DNA from: a virus
Lineage: Duplodnaviria; Caudoviricetes
Reading direction: 5' to 3' (one strand)
DNA: 64,000 nucleotides
IMG/VR virus record: IMGVR_UViG_3300030330_006525
Location: 1 to 64,000 of that record
Shown here: positions 45,521 through 55,851 of the stretch, piece by piece
Numbering within the stretch: the stretch's first letter is position 1
Layout: the number at the start of each line of letters is the position of its first letter
Notes under the pieces: model-generated
What the model saw: the letters and a program-made list of their open reading frames with translations, nothing else
Database searches by the model: none
Told to the model about the DNA's origin: nothing
Position numbers and translations under genes: made by a program

Positions 45521-47880
45521 TATTCAATCCTTTCTAGTTTAGATGATACTTTATACACTCTTTTTACGTTTGGAATCCTCTTTAGCTTTCCTATAATCCT
45601 CGCCTTGATTTCTTCTGGAGAATTAAACTCGCCTCTTATGCTTGGTGTATATTTAATTGCAAGGCCAGCAATGTATTGTCCTTCTGATATCTTTTCATTA
45701 GACACCATCACTGTTACAATAGTTACATGTTCAATTGCGCGAATATCAGTTAGTACATCTTCAAGACCTCTGCGGTTCTCGTTAGTGATACCGTAACCAA
45801 GCATACAATAGAATCTATAGATACCTCGCTGTCTGCTGCGATCTTTCTCTTCTGTAAACTGAGCAAAGTAGTCTTGTATTTCGTTGTCCGCACTTTCACC
45901 TAATCCGCTTTGCTTGTTAAACTCTTCTGCGTTTATCAATTGTGTAGCGGTTTCTTTAACAGCTTTGGCAAACATATCTTCATTGTCTTGAATATACTTT
46001 GCTATGCTAGCTATACCTTTAATGTTCTCAACACTTGGCTTTAAGGTCTGCCCTGAAATTTCTCTTCTAACAGGGTTGAGAATGTTAACATTAACAAAGA
46101 AAGATAGTGCGTGATCTCCAAGAGCAGTTGTTTTTATCTTGATTGCTTTAACAAGCAATTTATATTTAGGAATTGACTTTCTTATAAATCCTACGGATGG
46201 TAATTCAGGAAGATTAGGGATTGGCAAGTCTTGTTGCTTTGCTAACTCGTCAGCTATTTCTGTAGATATATCCTCAAGATAACGAAGAGTTCTTTGAGTA
46301 TAAGAACTATTCATACCAGTAACAGCTGCTTTTATATAATCATCTGATAATTTATCCGGAGCAGTCTCTATCTTATCTGACATGTCTATCAAGACATAAT
46401 CTTTTTTCTTTGGTAAATCATTAGGACTTATTATCTTTCCGTGATAAACAACAAACTTCTTTTTTAAGACTGCGAATATACCTTCGTGATCATTATTAGC
46501 AATGGCATAGCCATCAAGGTCAGATAACAAATGCTCTTCTTTATCTCTAATCCTTTTCTGGGTATCAGAAACAGCAGTGTGCTTCATATACCCCTCTTTC
46601 CTTAAATGGTCTGCTAATACTGACTCAATATCTATAGCTCGCTCTCTGCTAATACCTAGATTGTAGAGCCAATCATCAAAGCCGTTTGGATTAGGTTCAT
46701 AATTTTCTGGACTTATTCTTAATAAGATACCATCTGATTGAACGTCAACTTCTTCGACGCCATAGTAACTGGCTTCTTGGTCTAAGACTTCTCTGATATC
46801 ATCCATAAACTGTTGCGAATCAGAGCCAAAACTATCTGGCATCTCTTCTTCACCTAATTGGTCATCGTCTATTCTAAAGAAATAATCGCCGCCAAACGAA
46901 AGATAGTCACCACCACTGCCGTCTTCCATCACCTCATAGTAAGCGCTAAAACTATCTGGTGGTCTGTTATTTTGTGTCCACTCTTCAAGAATCTTTTCAG
47001 CCTTTTCTTCAAATCCGCTTTCTGGCGGGTTTTCTTCTATTACATCTCTTCCATATTGGATTATATCTGAGTATGCTTCTGCAGCGTCGGGTTGGTCGAT
47101 ACCCGCTTCAATCATTGCCTTGTATAAGATATCTGGATCGTGCCTATCATCTGATGCATCGTATGCTTCTTCTACATCGTATTCAGAATCAATTGCCGAG
47201 GAGTTGCCGCCAGGCGCAAATACAAGTGCTATTTTATGATAAACATGGTCTTCAGGTAGTTTGTCAATCCTAACCATGACAAAAGCTCTGCCCTCTTCAG
47301 TGTATTGTTGGAAGTAGTTTTTTGACTGTGTTGCTGATATGCACCACCTTGTGTTCCTTCCATAATAGCAAGATGCCTGGGTGGTATTCGGTCTAATTGC
47401 AAAGACGCCATGGTCTTCATAAATAAAAGTAGAACCAGCTTTAGCTGCTGCTTTTTCTTTTTCTCTCTTTTGCTTTTGTGTATCTTCCTTCTCTATCTTA
47501 TCAATTGCCTGCTGTAACTGTGAAGCATTATATCTATAGATATCTTTCTCTTCCATCCTTTGAGCGTTTCTTTGGAAACCAAAGACGGCTTGAAGAAGCT
47601 CTTCTGCTACTGTAGTATTAGCCTGGTTTTCGCCTGGAGCTTCTAGGTCTTCGTCAACCTCACCGTCCGTGATAGGATAGTTACTGGCCAGCTCACGCAT
47701 AGTCCACTGCAAATACTTAGCCACACCCTTCTGTCCAAGTGTGCTTTCAATGTTTTGACGAAACCAATCTAGCCAGCCCATCTCTGTGAACTGAGGAAAT
47801 TGTTTCTTTACATCTTTAACTTTTGCTTCCAAAAGTGCATTTTCGTTGAGATAATTTATCCAGGTGCGTTGATTAAACAT
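45520..47880 (-). CDS. large multi-domain protein, probably virion associated
   Basis: MFNQRTWINYLNE leader; ASCYYGRNTRWCIS module; CTAATTA motif upstream. Confidence 0.75.
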   Translation of the reverse strand: MFNQRTWINYLNENALLEAKVKDVKKQFPQFTEMGWLDWFRQNIESTLGQKGVAKYLQWTMRELASNYPITDGEVDEDLEAPGENQANTTVAEELLQAVFGFQRNAQRMEEKDIYRYNASQLQQAIDKIEKEDTQKQKREKEKAAAKAGSTFIYEDHGVFAIRPNTTQASCYYGRNTRWCISATQSKNYFQQYTEEGRAFVMVRIDKLPEDHVYHKIALVFAPGGNSSAIDSEYDVEEAYDASDDRHDPDILYKAMIEAGIDQPDAAEAYSDIIQYGRDVIEENPPESGFEEKAEKILEEWTQNNRPPDSFSAYYEVMEDGSGGDYLSFGGDYFFRIDDDQLGEEEMPDSFGSDSQQFMDDIREVLDQEASYYGVEEVDVQSDGILLRISPENYEPNPNGFDDWLYNLGISRERAIDIESVLADHLRKEGYMKHTAVSDTQKRIRDKEEHLLSDLDGYAIANNDHEGIFAVLKKKFVVYHGKIISPNDLPKKKDYVLIDMSDKIETAPDKLSDDYIKAAVTGMNSSYTQRTLRYLEDISTEIADELAKQQDLPIPNLPELPSVGFIRKSIPKYKLLVKAIKIKTTALGDHALSFFVNVNILNPVRREISGQTLKPSVENIKGIASIAKYIQDNEDMFAKAVKETATQLINAEEFNKQSGLGESADNEIQDYFAQFTEEKDRSRQRGIYRFYCMLGYGITNENRRGLEDVLTDIRAIEHVTIVTVMVSNEKISEGQYIAGLAIKYTPSIRGEFNSPEEIKARIIGKLKRIPNVKRVYKVSSKLERIE

Positions 47881-47914
47881 AGTTAGAGTATACCCTTTTT
47901 ACTATAATTAGTAA

Positions 47915-47946
47915 AGGGGATAACAAAGATTCCTTTATTATCCCCT
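47915..47946 (-). terminator. stem-loop downstream of hsp20
   Basis: AGGGGATAA/TTATCCCCT inverted repeat. Confidence 0.55.
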
Positions 47947-47975
47947 CTAAGGTTATTGAAGTAGTTGTTATGTTT

Positions 47976-48374
47976 CTACTTTATTGTGATTGTTCTTCGC
48001 GGTGGAGTTGCAGTCTCTTCGCGAGGAATCGAAATGGTAATAATACCATTGTCTGCAGACGCCGTAACCCTTTCGATGTCTGCATTTTCAGGGAGTGCCC
48101 ATGACTTCTTGAAAGACTTTGTAGCAATACTACTGACTGTCTCTTCCTTTTGATCATATGAGACAGTCATAGTATTGTTATTAATATCAATACCAATCTC
48201 ATCCTTTGGGACTCCCGGCACCACAAGACTGATTTGATGTCCAATGTCTGTGGTTTGTACATTACTAGCGGGACCCGCTGGTCTTTGCATTGGAAAAGCA
48301 AAGAGCTTATCTAAGACATCATCAATCTCTACACTAGTGTTAATTGGCCTGTGCCAAGTTGTTAAAAAGCTCAT
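47976..48374 (-). CDS. Hsp20/alpha-crystallin small heat-shock protein
   Basis: VPGV..I.I..FKKSWALPE..A..DNGII.I.IP. Confidence 0.9.
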   Translation of the reverse strand: MSFLTTWHRPINTSVEIDDVLDKLFAFPMQRPAGPASNVQTTDIGHQISLVVPGVPKDEIGIDINNNTMTVSYDQKEETVSSIATKSFKKSWALPENADIERVTASADNGIITISIPREETATPPRRTITIK

Positions 48375-48456
48375 AACGTTTACCTCCTATAGTTGCTATG
48401 TGTTTTGAGCACATCTATATTATAAACACAATCAATAATATGTCAAGTAATTTTAT

Positions 48457-48795
48457 CTAATTATTTTCAAGTTTTACACCAGAAAATTCTAGCTCTGTTA
48501 GAATTTGCATTATGATTCTTACCATCTCTGATAGCCTCAAGGCGTCCTCTTGCTTTATCGACATCGCAGTTAAGTCATCCCAACTTATGGACTCGTCTTT
48601 ACCAAAGCGTTTTAATAAACCCTTCATGAATCTATAGATGACTATTGAATTTGCATACAACTCTAACACTAAAATCTTTTGGTCTTCCCTTAGAGGACAC
48701 AGTGTATTATAATGTGACTCTAAAAGAGAATCTGTTTTTGTCATGTAAGCTCTTAATTGGTCAAAGAAATTTTGTGTGCTTGTTTTGTCAAACAT
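48457..48795 (-). CDS. hypothetical protein
   Basis: 112 aa in operon. Confidence 0.6.
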   Translation of the reverse strand: MFDKTSTQNFFDQLRAYMTKTDSLLESHYNTLCPLREDQKILVLELYANSIVIYRFMKGLLKRFGKDESISWDDLTAMSIKQEDALRLSEMVRIIMQILTELEFSGVKLENN

Positions 48796-49183
48796 TCTTA
48801 CCCTTTCCCCAAAAATGTTTACTCTTTTTCATGTCAGTTATCAACAAAGCAGAAACCAACTTCTCTCCATCTTTCTCAACAATCTTTGCTTTGTATTTCT
48901 GCAGAGTACCATATTTTGGTTTAGGGTCTTTCTTTGCATACTTCTTTCTTTTGGGCGGTAGGTTTAAATAAGAAACACAGCCATCAACAATCTCATCATG
49001 AGTGTATCCTTGTTCTAATAAGTCGTTCAGATTAGCCTTGATATACGCTCCAACCACCCAACGCTTAGAACCATACTCTGGGACATCCCAGAAATCTGAA
49101 CCATGATATCTTCCGTATCTTTTCTTGCCATCATCCTCAAATGAATACTCATTTATAGGTAATAGTACACATTCTATTAACAT
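48788..49183 (-). CDS. hypothetical protein
   Basis: 131 aa in operon. Confidence 0.7.
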   Translation of the reverse strand: MLIECVLLPINEYSFEDDGKKRYGRYHGSDFWDVPEYGSKRWVVGAYIKANLNDLLEQGYTHDEIVDGCVSYLNLPPKRKKYAKKDPKPKYGTLQKYKAKIVEKDGEKLVSALLITDMKKSKHFWGKGKNV

Positions 49184-49424
49184 CTAATACTCCATTTAAT
49201 TCGCTAAAACCACCAATAAAACTTGTCTCTCCTGTCTCAACATCGTTCTCTACGATAATTGGAACAGTATTATGATTATAAAACTCTTTTACTTCTGATA
49301 AAAATTCAGTATCATTATCCAAATTAAACTCATAAAACTCTGTGCCTTGTTCTGTTAATAGTTCCTTTGTCGAACTACAAAAATTACAATCAGACAAGGT
49401 ATAGATTATATATCTCTTAGCCAT
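49149..49424 (-). CDS. glutaredoxin
   Basis: CNFC, TVP, FIGGF. Confidence 0.9.
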   Translation of the reverse strand: MAKRYIIYTLSDCNFCSSTKELLTEQGTEFYEFNLDNDTEFLSEVKEFYNHNTVPIIVENDVETGETSFIGGFSELNGVLDVNRMCTITYK

Positions 49425-49713
49425 TTAAAAGATTCCTTCCTGTTGATATCTTTTCTCTAATTTCAATTGGTGAACCCAACACTGTAAGTTCTGAAGAGTT
49501 GTTCCCCTTTGATACAGTCACCGAAGAAAGAGACTGCGACTCTGTAATCTTGCCTTCTCTTAAAAGGCTTGAGCGAATCGAACGATTAGAAAACTCTTTT
49601 ATCAATACTATATGAGTTGGATTAATAAAAACACTTTTAACAGAATAGTTTGTTCTAGCCTCGATGCTCCTTCCATATGTATTAATTGTAATTACTTCTT
49701 TAAGCTCGATCAT
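49417..49713 (-). CDS. FlbD-like hypothetical protein
   Basis: MIEL..FINPTHI..V.GS..EI. Confidence 0.55.
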   Translation of the reverse strand: MIELKEVITINTYGRSIEARTNYSVKSVFINPTHIVLIKEFSNRSIRSSLLREGKITESQSLSSVTVSKGNNSSELTVLGSPIEIREKISTGRNLLNG

Positions 49714-49939
49714 ATTTTACTCCCCTTTCTATATTATAATATACGTCTGCTTTTCTTACAAACCAAAAATCATTATCAACCATTACTTTGTAATATTTAT
49801 CTTGTTTAGAATCAGCCAACAAATATACTTTTGGTTCTTTGGATACAATGAACTTCTTAACACAATCATCCTCCAACCTTATCTTAAAGAAATAAGTGTT
49901 AGCTGGTATATGTATTAAATCACCCCTCTTCAGTTGCAT
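49700..49939 (-). CDS. KRGDLI-type small beta protein (start corrected)
   Basis: MQLKRGDLIHIP. Confidence 0.6.
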   Translation of the reverse strand: MQLKRGDLIHIPANTYFFKIRLEDDCVKKFIVSKEPKVYLLADSKQDKYYKVMVDNDFWFVRKADVYYNIERGVKYDRA

Positions 49940-50213
49940 CTTCCGGGGCCTCTGAGTTTGGGAATTTTGTTGAAATGTAATCTGATAATATGGAATAACA
50001 GTCATTAACAACAAGCGAGCACTCATAAATTGTAGCGTTCATCTCTTGCAGGGATTTAGTTGCATTCAACATATCATCTAATGCTATTTGCTTTTTACAA
50101 TTGGCAAGAATTTTAGAAAATTTCTCAACCTTTGGAGATATATTTCCCAGCATCTTAGCAGTCTCAACAGGAATCTCATCCAAGTCAACCGTATACGCTA
50201 TCTTTACTTTCAT
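49920..50213 (-). CDS. hypothetical protein
   Basis: MKVKIAYTVDLDEIP; promoter TTGACA-17-TATTAT (50235-50263). Confidence 0.7.
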   Translation of the reverse strand: MKVKIAYTVDLDEIPVETAKMLGNISPKVEKFSKILANCKKQIALDDMLNATKSLQEMNATIYECSLVVNDCYSILSDYISTKFPNSEAPEDATEEG

Positions 50214-50259
50214 AAAACCTCTTTCTATTTTTCAATAATAACTTACTTTTTTATCAATG

Positions 50260-50520
50260 TCAAGGTAAATATTTCAAAACAACTGCTGAAACGAGACCTG
50301 TCATGGCCGTGAAAAGTGTCCATATTAGCTTTGTGGATGTGGCCTTCCATGCCTCAAGTTGTCTAATCCTAGCATATAAACCTTGGTCAGGATTATAAAC
50401 TGCCTCTTTAATCTTCGATACATCACTAGCAACCATCTCTTGACGCTCTTTCATTGCCTCAACACCTTGGCACAAACGATCAATCTTGATTCCCAATTGT
50501 AATAATGGATCTTCTGGCAT
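50260..50520 (-). CDS. coiled-coil protein with C-terminal TM helix (XhlA/holin-like)
   Basis: Heptads, GLYARIRQLE, terminal TM helix. Confidence 0.6.
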   Translation of the reverse strand: MPEDPLLQLGIKIDRLCQGVEAMKERQEMVASDVSKIKEAVYNPDQGLYARIRQLEAWKATSTKLIWTLFTAMTGLVSAVVLKYLP

Positions 50521-50573
50521 GCTTATGTCCCTCCGTAGGATTTTTATGGAAAGCCCCTATACATTATATAGTA

Positions 50574-52145
50574 TCAGTTATGGACTATCGCATTGTTTGT
50601 TGTAATTAAAGTACCGGCAACTGACACTGCATTTTGCAATGCCGACTTTGTTACTTTCACAGGGTCAATTACACCAGCGTTCCTAAGATTGCATATATCA
50701 TCTGTCATAAAATTATACCCAATATTCTCTTCTGGAACCAATCTTATTTCTATCTCTTCTGGTACTGATGAGTTGCGACACATTGTTTTGAAAGGAACTG
50801 TTAAAGCCTCTGACAATATCGCTAATCCTACTTCTTGCTCTTCGCTTTCACATGTAACACTGTTAACTAATTCTTCAGAAATGCCTAGTAGAGTGAGACC
50901 GCCGCCAGTTACAGTACCTTCAGCTATAGCTGCTTTAACAGCTTCCAAAGCATCTTCTATCCTGTGTTTCTTCTCTATCATCTCAACTTCTGTGGCTGCA
51001 CCAACCCTGATTATAACGACCCCACTCGAAAGCCTTGTTACTCTTTCTTGCATCCTTTGTGCAACTCTGTCATCTTCGCAAGATTTTATCTCTTCATTGA
51101 GGTCATCAATCCTAAGCTGTACTTCTTCTAAGTTAGCAGAGCCTCCAACAATTGTTGCTAGAAACTTAGATACTTCAACTGTCTTAGCAGAGCCAAAGTC
51201 ATTCAACTTCACATCTGATAGCTTGTCTCCATTAATCTTTTGAAAATACTTGGCCCCAATTGAAAGCGCAAGGTCCTTCATAATCTCTATTCTTTCTTCA
51301 CCGTATCGCGGAGCCTTAACACCGGCAACCTTCATTGTTCCTCTGGCAGTATTCATAATCAAAGCAGCAAGGGCCTGACCTTTGATATCATCTGCAACAA
51401 TAACAAGTGGGCGGTTTTCTCTGGCGGCAACTTCCAAAGCTGGAAGAACCTGGTCAATAGTTTCTAAGATTGTGTCTGTCAATAGAAAGATGGGGTTGTC
51501 ATATCTAACAATCCCTCTCCGTTCATCAGTCACAAAAGAGTTGGAAAGGAAACCAGAATCGAACTTAAACCCTTCTTCGAGGTCTAGGCTAGTTTCTAAA
51601 GACTTGGCTTCTTGAATAGTGATTGAACCCCCTCTACCAACACGGTCAACTGCCAGAGAGATTAACTCCCCAATAGCTTTGTCATTGTTGGCAGAAATGG
51701 TTGCAATGTTTGTAATCTGTTCTTCGCTTGTAATTTGAACTGCCAATTCTTCCAACCTTTGACAGCAGAACTCCAAGCCTTTATTCAACCCTCTTTGGAT
51801 TTCAACTGGGGAAACGCCAGCGTCGATATGCTCTTGTGCAGCGTTAAAGATAGCTTGAGTTAAAACTGTGGAGGTTGTGGTGCCATCGCCAGCATCCGTG
51901 TTAGTCTGCGCTGAAGCCTCTTTGATGATGGTTGCTGCAACATTTGCAACAGGGTCATCATCAACCTTAAAATGCTTTGCAACAGTTACGCCGTCTTTCG
52001 TAATAAATGGCCTGCGCTTTTCTTCTTTGATTAAGACATTTCGACCTTTAGGTCCAAGAGTAGAGGAAACAAAGTCCGCTAACTTATTAACACCGAGACG
52101 CAAAGATTCCTTGAGAGAATCCTCATTCGACAAAATGGTAGACAA
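50574..52145 (-). CDS. groEL: chaperonin GroEL
   Basis: TLGPKGRNV, ITKDGVTVAK, AGDGTTT, GVIDPVKV; lacks GGM tail. Confidence 0.96.
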   Translation of the reverse strand: MSTILSNEDSLKESLRLGVNKLADFVSSTLGPKGRNVLIKEEKRRPFITKDGVTVAKHFKVDDDPVANVAATIIKEASAQTNTDAGDGTTTSTVLTQAIFNAAQEHIDAGVSPVEIQRGLNKGLEFCCQRLEELAVQITSEEQITNIATISANNDKAIGELISLAVDRVGRGGSITIQEAKSLETSLDLEEGFKFDSGFLSNSFVTDERRGIVRYDNPIFLLTDTILETIDQVLPALEVAARENRPLVIVADDIKGQALAALIMNTARGTMKVAGVKAPRYGEERIEIMKDLALSIGAKYFQKINGDKLSDVKLNDFGSAKTVEVSKFLATIVGGSANLEEVQLRIDDLNEEIKSCEDDRVAQRMQERVTRLSSGVVIIRVGAATEVEMIEKKHRIEDALEAVKAAIAEGTVTGGGLTLLGISEELVNSVTCESEEQEVGLAILSEALTVPFKTMCRNSSVPEEIEIRLVPEENIGYNFMTDDICNLRNAGVIDPVKVTKSALQNAVSVAGTLITTNNAIVHN

Positions 52146-52173
52146 TTCACACCTTCCTTTATTTTATATTATT

Positions 52174-52202
52174 ATTATAAACACCGATTATATATTTGTC
52201 AA
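52174..52202 (-). promoter_or_regulatory. sigma70-type promoter of groEL
   Basis: TTGACA-17-TATAAT. Confidence 0.85.
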
Positions 52203-52207
52203 CTGTT

Positions 52208-53521
52208 TTATTCAGAAAAATCAAAACTTGTTTGACTATCGTCTTTGCTTAATTGGCTAGCCAAGTTTTCTTCTATAGATTTCGCAGCTGCTTTAGCACC
52301 GTCCCCGGCTGCCATTGCTTTTGAGCGGTCCTCTTGTGAAAAGTAAGCACCAATATTATTAGTCAATTCTTGTGTTGATTCTAAAAGCTGTAATATTGAA
52401 TCTCCCAATTTCTTGGCATAGATATCTGCCAACTGATTCATTCGTGCCTCAGTAAAATCGAGACCGTCACCATGCTTTGTTAGGTTAATCTTCTTGCCCA
52501 AAGAATTCATCATAGTTGCACTAACCTCCCATTGAGAATCAGACGCCTCAGTTAACAACATTTTGTTTTCGCGCAAATGAAAATTCTCTTTCACTTCTAT
52601 CTCTCCATCGCCATCGGCTTTAGCAGCAAGGTTAGAAACGCTATCACCTAGAGGCGTCTTCAATAACCCCTTCGAGGTATATCCCTTTGTGGACATAAAC
52701 ATCTTAGCAATTGCTACTTCATCTCCAGATGCGATTACTTTCTTAGCTTTCCTGGGCGAGACGGGATCAAGTAGCCCCTTGGTTGTGCCTGTACCGCCCA
52801 TAACAAAATCTACTAAGTTAGCTTTAGTTATATCAAAATCATAAATTTCCAGTTTACCAACACTACCTTTATCGCCTGTATCTTTGTTGCCACCTTCATA
52901 TGTCTTGTATGCTATAAGATACTTAATAGAATCAGCTCCACGAACAAACAAGAAATCAACTAAATTAGTAAAGCTACCTTTTATTCCTGTTTTGGGACTC
53001 AACAGTTTCAAACTAACTGGAACGCCTTCCCCAAACTGGTCAAAAGCTACAAAGTCTTCGATTGGTAGTGTGCCCTGAACTTTGCTTGTTTGTTGGCTTC
53101 CACCCATAAGTGCGGCCATGAATGCTTCGAAAACAAATCCAGCTGAAGATTCCGTGAAGTGATTCATCGATGCTCGTAGTGCCTCTACAATCATCATAGT
53201 GTTTATGATAACTCGGGGCGATGTTCTTCTCTCTGCGCTTTCGGGGTCCAGAAACTTGTTAATAAAGTCAATACGTTCAGCTATGTTTGCACCACCAGTA
53301 ACAACTCTGAAGATGTCGTTAACCTGTTGTCTTTCTAAGTTGTTAGGATTGCCCCACGCTTCCGATGGAGACATCTTGGGAAGTACCATCAAGAACTTCT
53401 TGCCAGAAGAATCAACCTCTTCTTTTATAAGAAAGTTCTTATCTAAGTTTTCCTCTATCATAGAAAAAATTTGATTGAATGTTTTATTGTTGCGATTCTT
53501 GTATTCTTTTAGCCAATCCAT
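52208..53521 (-). CDS. hypothetical late protein with possible PD-(D/E)xK-like motif
   Basis: GFVFEAF..PIED..SLK; CTAATTA motif upstream. Confidence 0.65.
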   Translation of the reverse strand: MDWLKEYKNRNNKTFNQIFSMIEENLDKNFLIKEEVDSSGKKFLMVLPKMSPSEAWGNPNNLERQQVNDIFRVVTGGANIAERIDFINKFLDPESAERRTSPRVIINTMMIVEALRASMNHFTESSAGFVFEAFMAALMGGSQQTSKVQGTLPIEDFVAFDQFGEGVPVSLKLLSPKTGIKGSFTNLVDFLFVRGADSIKYLIAYKTYEGGNKDTGDKGSVGKLEIYDFDITKANLVDFVMGGTGTTKGLLDPVSPRKAKKVIASGDEVAIAKMFMSTKGYTSKGLLKTPLGDSVSNLAAKADGDGEIEVKENFHLRENKMLLTEASDSQWEVSATMMNSLGKKINLTKHGDGLDFTEARMNQLADIYAKKLGDSILQLLESTQELTNNIGAYFSQEDRSKAMAAGDGAKAAAKSIEENLASQLSKDDSQTSFDFSE

Positions 53522-53544
53522 TGATTATACCTCTTTATTATTAA

Positions 53545-54219
53545 TTAGATAATGATATCTGCAATCCCACAATTAACTGCCTCTTCTGCTGACAGATAAA
53601 CATCTAGCTGATTCTTTAGCATCTTTTTTATCTTTGATGGTGTTAGTTTTGTATTCTCTGCCAAGCAGCTTATATATCTTTCCTGAAGCCACTTAATCTC
53701 TTCCATTTCATTTTCAAGACTTAAAACATTGCCGTGATAAGCTGCAGTTACGCCATGTATCATAACTCTACAGTTTCTACCTATCTTTCTCATTCCTTTT
53801 GTGCCTGCGGCTAACAAAGGAACGCCAGCAGACATTACTTTGCCAAGAGCTTTGGTTTCGATATCGCACTCTCCTGATACGTCTTTCATACAATCGACCA
53901 TTGCAAACATCTCTGCCAAAGAACCACCGTATGTTGAAATGATAAACTCTATCTTAGGGCGCGTCGGTTCTTCTTCACCCTTTTCATAGGCATCAACAAT
54001 TGATTGATTAATCAACAACTCCCTAACTGCATAAAAAGCTGAAACTATTTCAAATGACTTTTCTTCTGTTACGTCTCCATAAAGAGCAATTGTCTTGAGA
54101 AAGTCTTTTGTAGAGCTGTCAATATTGTTTACGATTAGTATTTGCTTATCGCTAAGTGCTTCTAGCCCAGTTTCTTCTGTTTGTTCCAGAGCCGGTTCTT
54201 CTTCATTTTTTTCTTGCAT
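53545..54219 (-). CDS. clpP: ClpP-type protease subunit
   Basis: ISTYGG, GKVMSAG (catalytic Ser), VMIH, YLSAEEA..GIAD. Confidence 0.9.
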   Translation of the reverse strand: MQEKNEEEPALEQTEETGLEALSDKQILIVNNIDSSTKDFLKTIALYGDVTEEKSFEIVSAFYAVRELLINQSIVDAYEKGEEEPTRPKIEFIISTYGGSLAEMFAMVDCMKDVSGECDIETKALGKVMSAGVPLLAAGTKGMRKIGRNCRVMIHGVTAAYHGNVLSLENEMEEIKWLQERYISCLAENTKLTPSKIKKMLKNQLDVYLSAEEAVNCGIADIII

Positions 54220-54496
54220 TCAGAATTCGCCTTTTGCCTGTCTTAGTAATTAGTTCAACTCTATAATCTAACTTCTTGATTAATTCTTTAAACTCTTTCT
54301 CTGAAGAAAACTCCCTTTTTATAATAGAGATATTTTCCTTTTTTGTTGGATTCCAACCCGAACCAGACTCGCTGCCTTTAATCTGACTGAGAATCCTATT
54401 CAGCTCCATCTTTTTCTTCCAGTGAATTTGGAAAGTGTAAGTCAAAGTTTCAATCGAATCTGAGACTTTATCATTTTTCCATACCGATATTTCCAT
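54203..54496 (-). CDS. hypothetical protein
   Basis: 97 aa. Confidence 0.6.
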   Translation of the reverse strand: MEISVWKNDKVSDSIETLTYTFQIHWKKKMELNRILSQIKGSESGSGWNPTKKENISIIKREFSSEKEFKELIKKLDYRVELITKTGKRRILNARKK

Positions 54497-54881
54497 TACG
54501 CAACTCCTTTCTGGTTTTTTCTAATTCTCGTTTTAGCCATGGATCTAAATATCTATTGTATCTTGGTGGTACTTTTATCAAGAACTTAAGTAAGACGTTT
54601 CTTCTCCAGTTTATATACTGAAGATTATCGAAACGTTCTATTACCTCTACATCCTTAAAGACATGTGGCTTCTCTTCCATCAATTCTCTTGCGATTCTCT
54701 TTCTTATTCTGACAAATACAGAATAATTATTATCAGTTACCTTTAGTAGGTTTATTAGAGAGCCTTCCACATCTTTGAATATGGATACGAATTTATATAT
54801 TTTTAAGAATGAAGAGGTTATTGAGTAGCAAAGCGCACCCAATAAAAACCAAAACATATTTCCAAGTAACTCAATTTCCAT
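54471..54881 (-). CDS. membrane-anchored hypothetical protein
   Basis: N-terminal TM helix; TTGACA-16-TATAAT (54888-54915) immediately upstream. Confidence 0.65.
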   Translation of the reverse strand: MEIELLGNMFWFLLGALCYSITSSFLKIYKFVSIFKDVEGSLINLLKVTDNNYSVFVRIRKRIARELMEEKPHVFKDVEVIERFDNLQYINWRRNVLLKFLIKVPPRYNRYLDPWLKRELEKTRKELRNGNIGMEK

Positions 54882-54918
54882 ATTTATATTATAACTTATT
54901 ATTTCTCTATGTCAATAT

Positions 54919-54947
54919 AAAAAAACCCCTCGAATAACCGAGGGGTT
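54919..54947 (-). terminator. intrinsic terminator
   Basis: AACCCCTCG/CGAGGGGTT stem followed by a T-run on the minus strand. Confidence 0.85.
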
Positions 54948-54975
54948 AATTATTTTCAATAGGAGTTTCAAGAAC

Positions 54976-55545
54976 TTATTTGTTCTTTAGTTTTTCTGCA
55001 ACGATTCTCTTGGCAACTCTCTTGTAGATTTCGTTAACCAAATCGTCTACATCTTCACCTTCTTCCATTGGAGGCAACTCTGCTGCGTCGTCCCCCTCCT
55101 CGTCATCCATGGGCATCTCCATGTCGTCACCGGCTTCATCCTCGTCTCCCATAGCTGCAGCTAATTTCTGACCTAGAGAAATTAATAGCTGTGCTTCTTC
55201 GTCAGATAATGAAACATCTTCATCTTCCATGTCGCCTTCCATGTCAGCCTCTTCGTCGTCATCACGCTCGCCAGAGTGCATGCCATAACCTTCTTCAACT
55301 TCCTCTTCAGCTTCTTCAAGCTCTTCGGTTTCGTTGTTCTCTTTCTTCACATCCTCTTCATCCTCATCGCGTGTGCCGCAATGGGCTTCATCAAGTTCTT
55401 CCTCGGCGGCCTCATTGACCTCTTCCTCTGCGGCTTCATTAACTTCCTCTTCGTCAGTCTCGTTAATATTGACTGATGGGATTGAAGCTAACTTCTGAAA
55501 ACGTCTAATAGTGGACTCATTTAGTAATTTCTTGTTATCGCTCAT
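54976..55545 (-). CDS. very acidic scaffold/core-like protein
   Basis: LLNESTIRRFQKLA leader; repeated EEEVNEAA; CTATTTA motif upstream. Confidence 0.7.
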   Translation of the reverse strand: MSDNKKLLNESTIRRFQKLASIPSVNINETDEEEVNEAAEEEVNEAAEEELDEAHCGTRDEDEEDVKKENNETEELEEAEEEVEEGYGMHSGERDDDEEADMEGDMEDEDVSLSDEEAQLLISLGQKLAAAMGDEDEAGDDMEMPMDDEEGDDAAELPPMEEGEDVDDLVNEIYKRVAKRIVAEKLKNK

Positions 55546-55587
55546 TTAAAATACTCCTATTGTTTATTAAATGTCACTAGTAAATAG

Positions 55588-55851
55588 TTATTTTATTTTT
55601 AAAAAGTTTGCTTTTTTTTGAATCTTTTTCAATGCTTCTGCTTCTATCTGTTTTATTCTAACTAGACTCAAGCCCAGTCTTTCGCCTACATCTTTTAAAG
55701 TCATAGAGCCATTTAGATGTATTGATATTAAACTGCAGTTCTGTTCCTTATCATAATCTATCCAATATTTACATTTTGATTGTGTACAGCCTGCACCATC
55801 CTTCAAGCAAGAACGGGCACATGGTGTAAGTCCATCTTCTTTTTTCTTCAT
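55588..55851 (-). CDS. Cys-rich protein with a sigma70 region-4-like HTH
   Basis: MTLKDVGERLGLSLVRIKQIEAEALKK. Confidence 0.8.
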   Translation of the reverse strand: MKKKEDGLTPCARSCLKDGAGCTQSKCKYWIDYDKEQNCSLISIHLNGSMTLKDVGERLGLSLVRIKQIEAEALKKIQKKANFLKIK

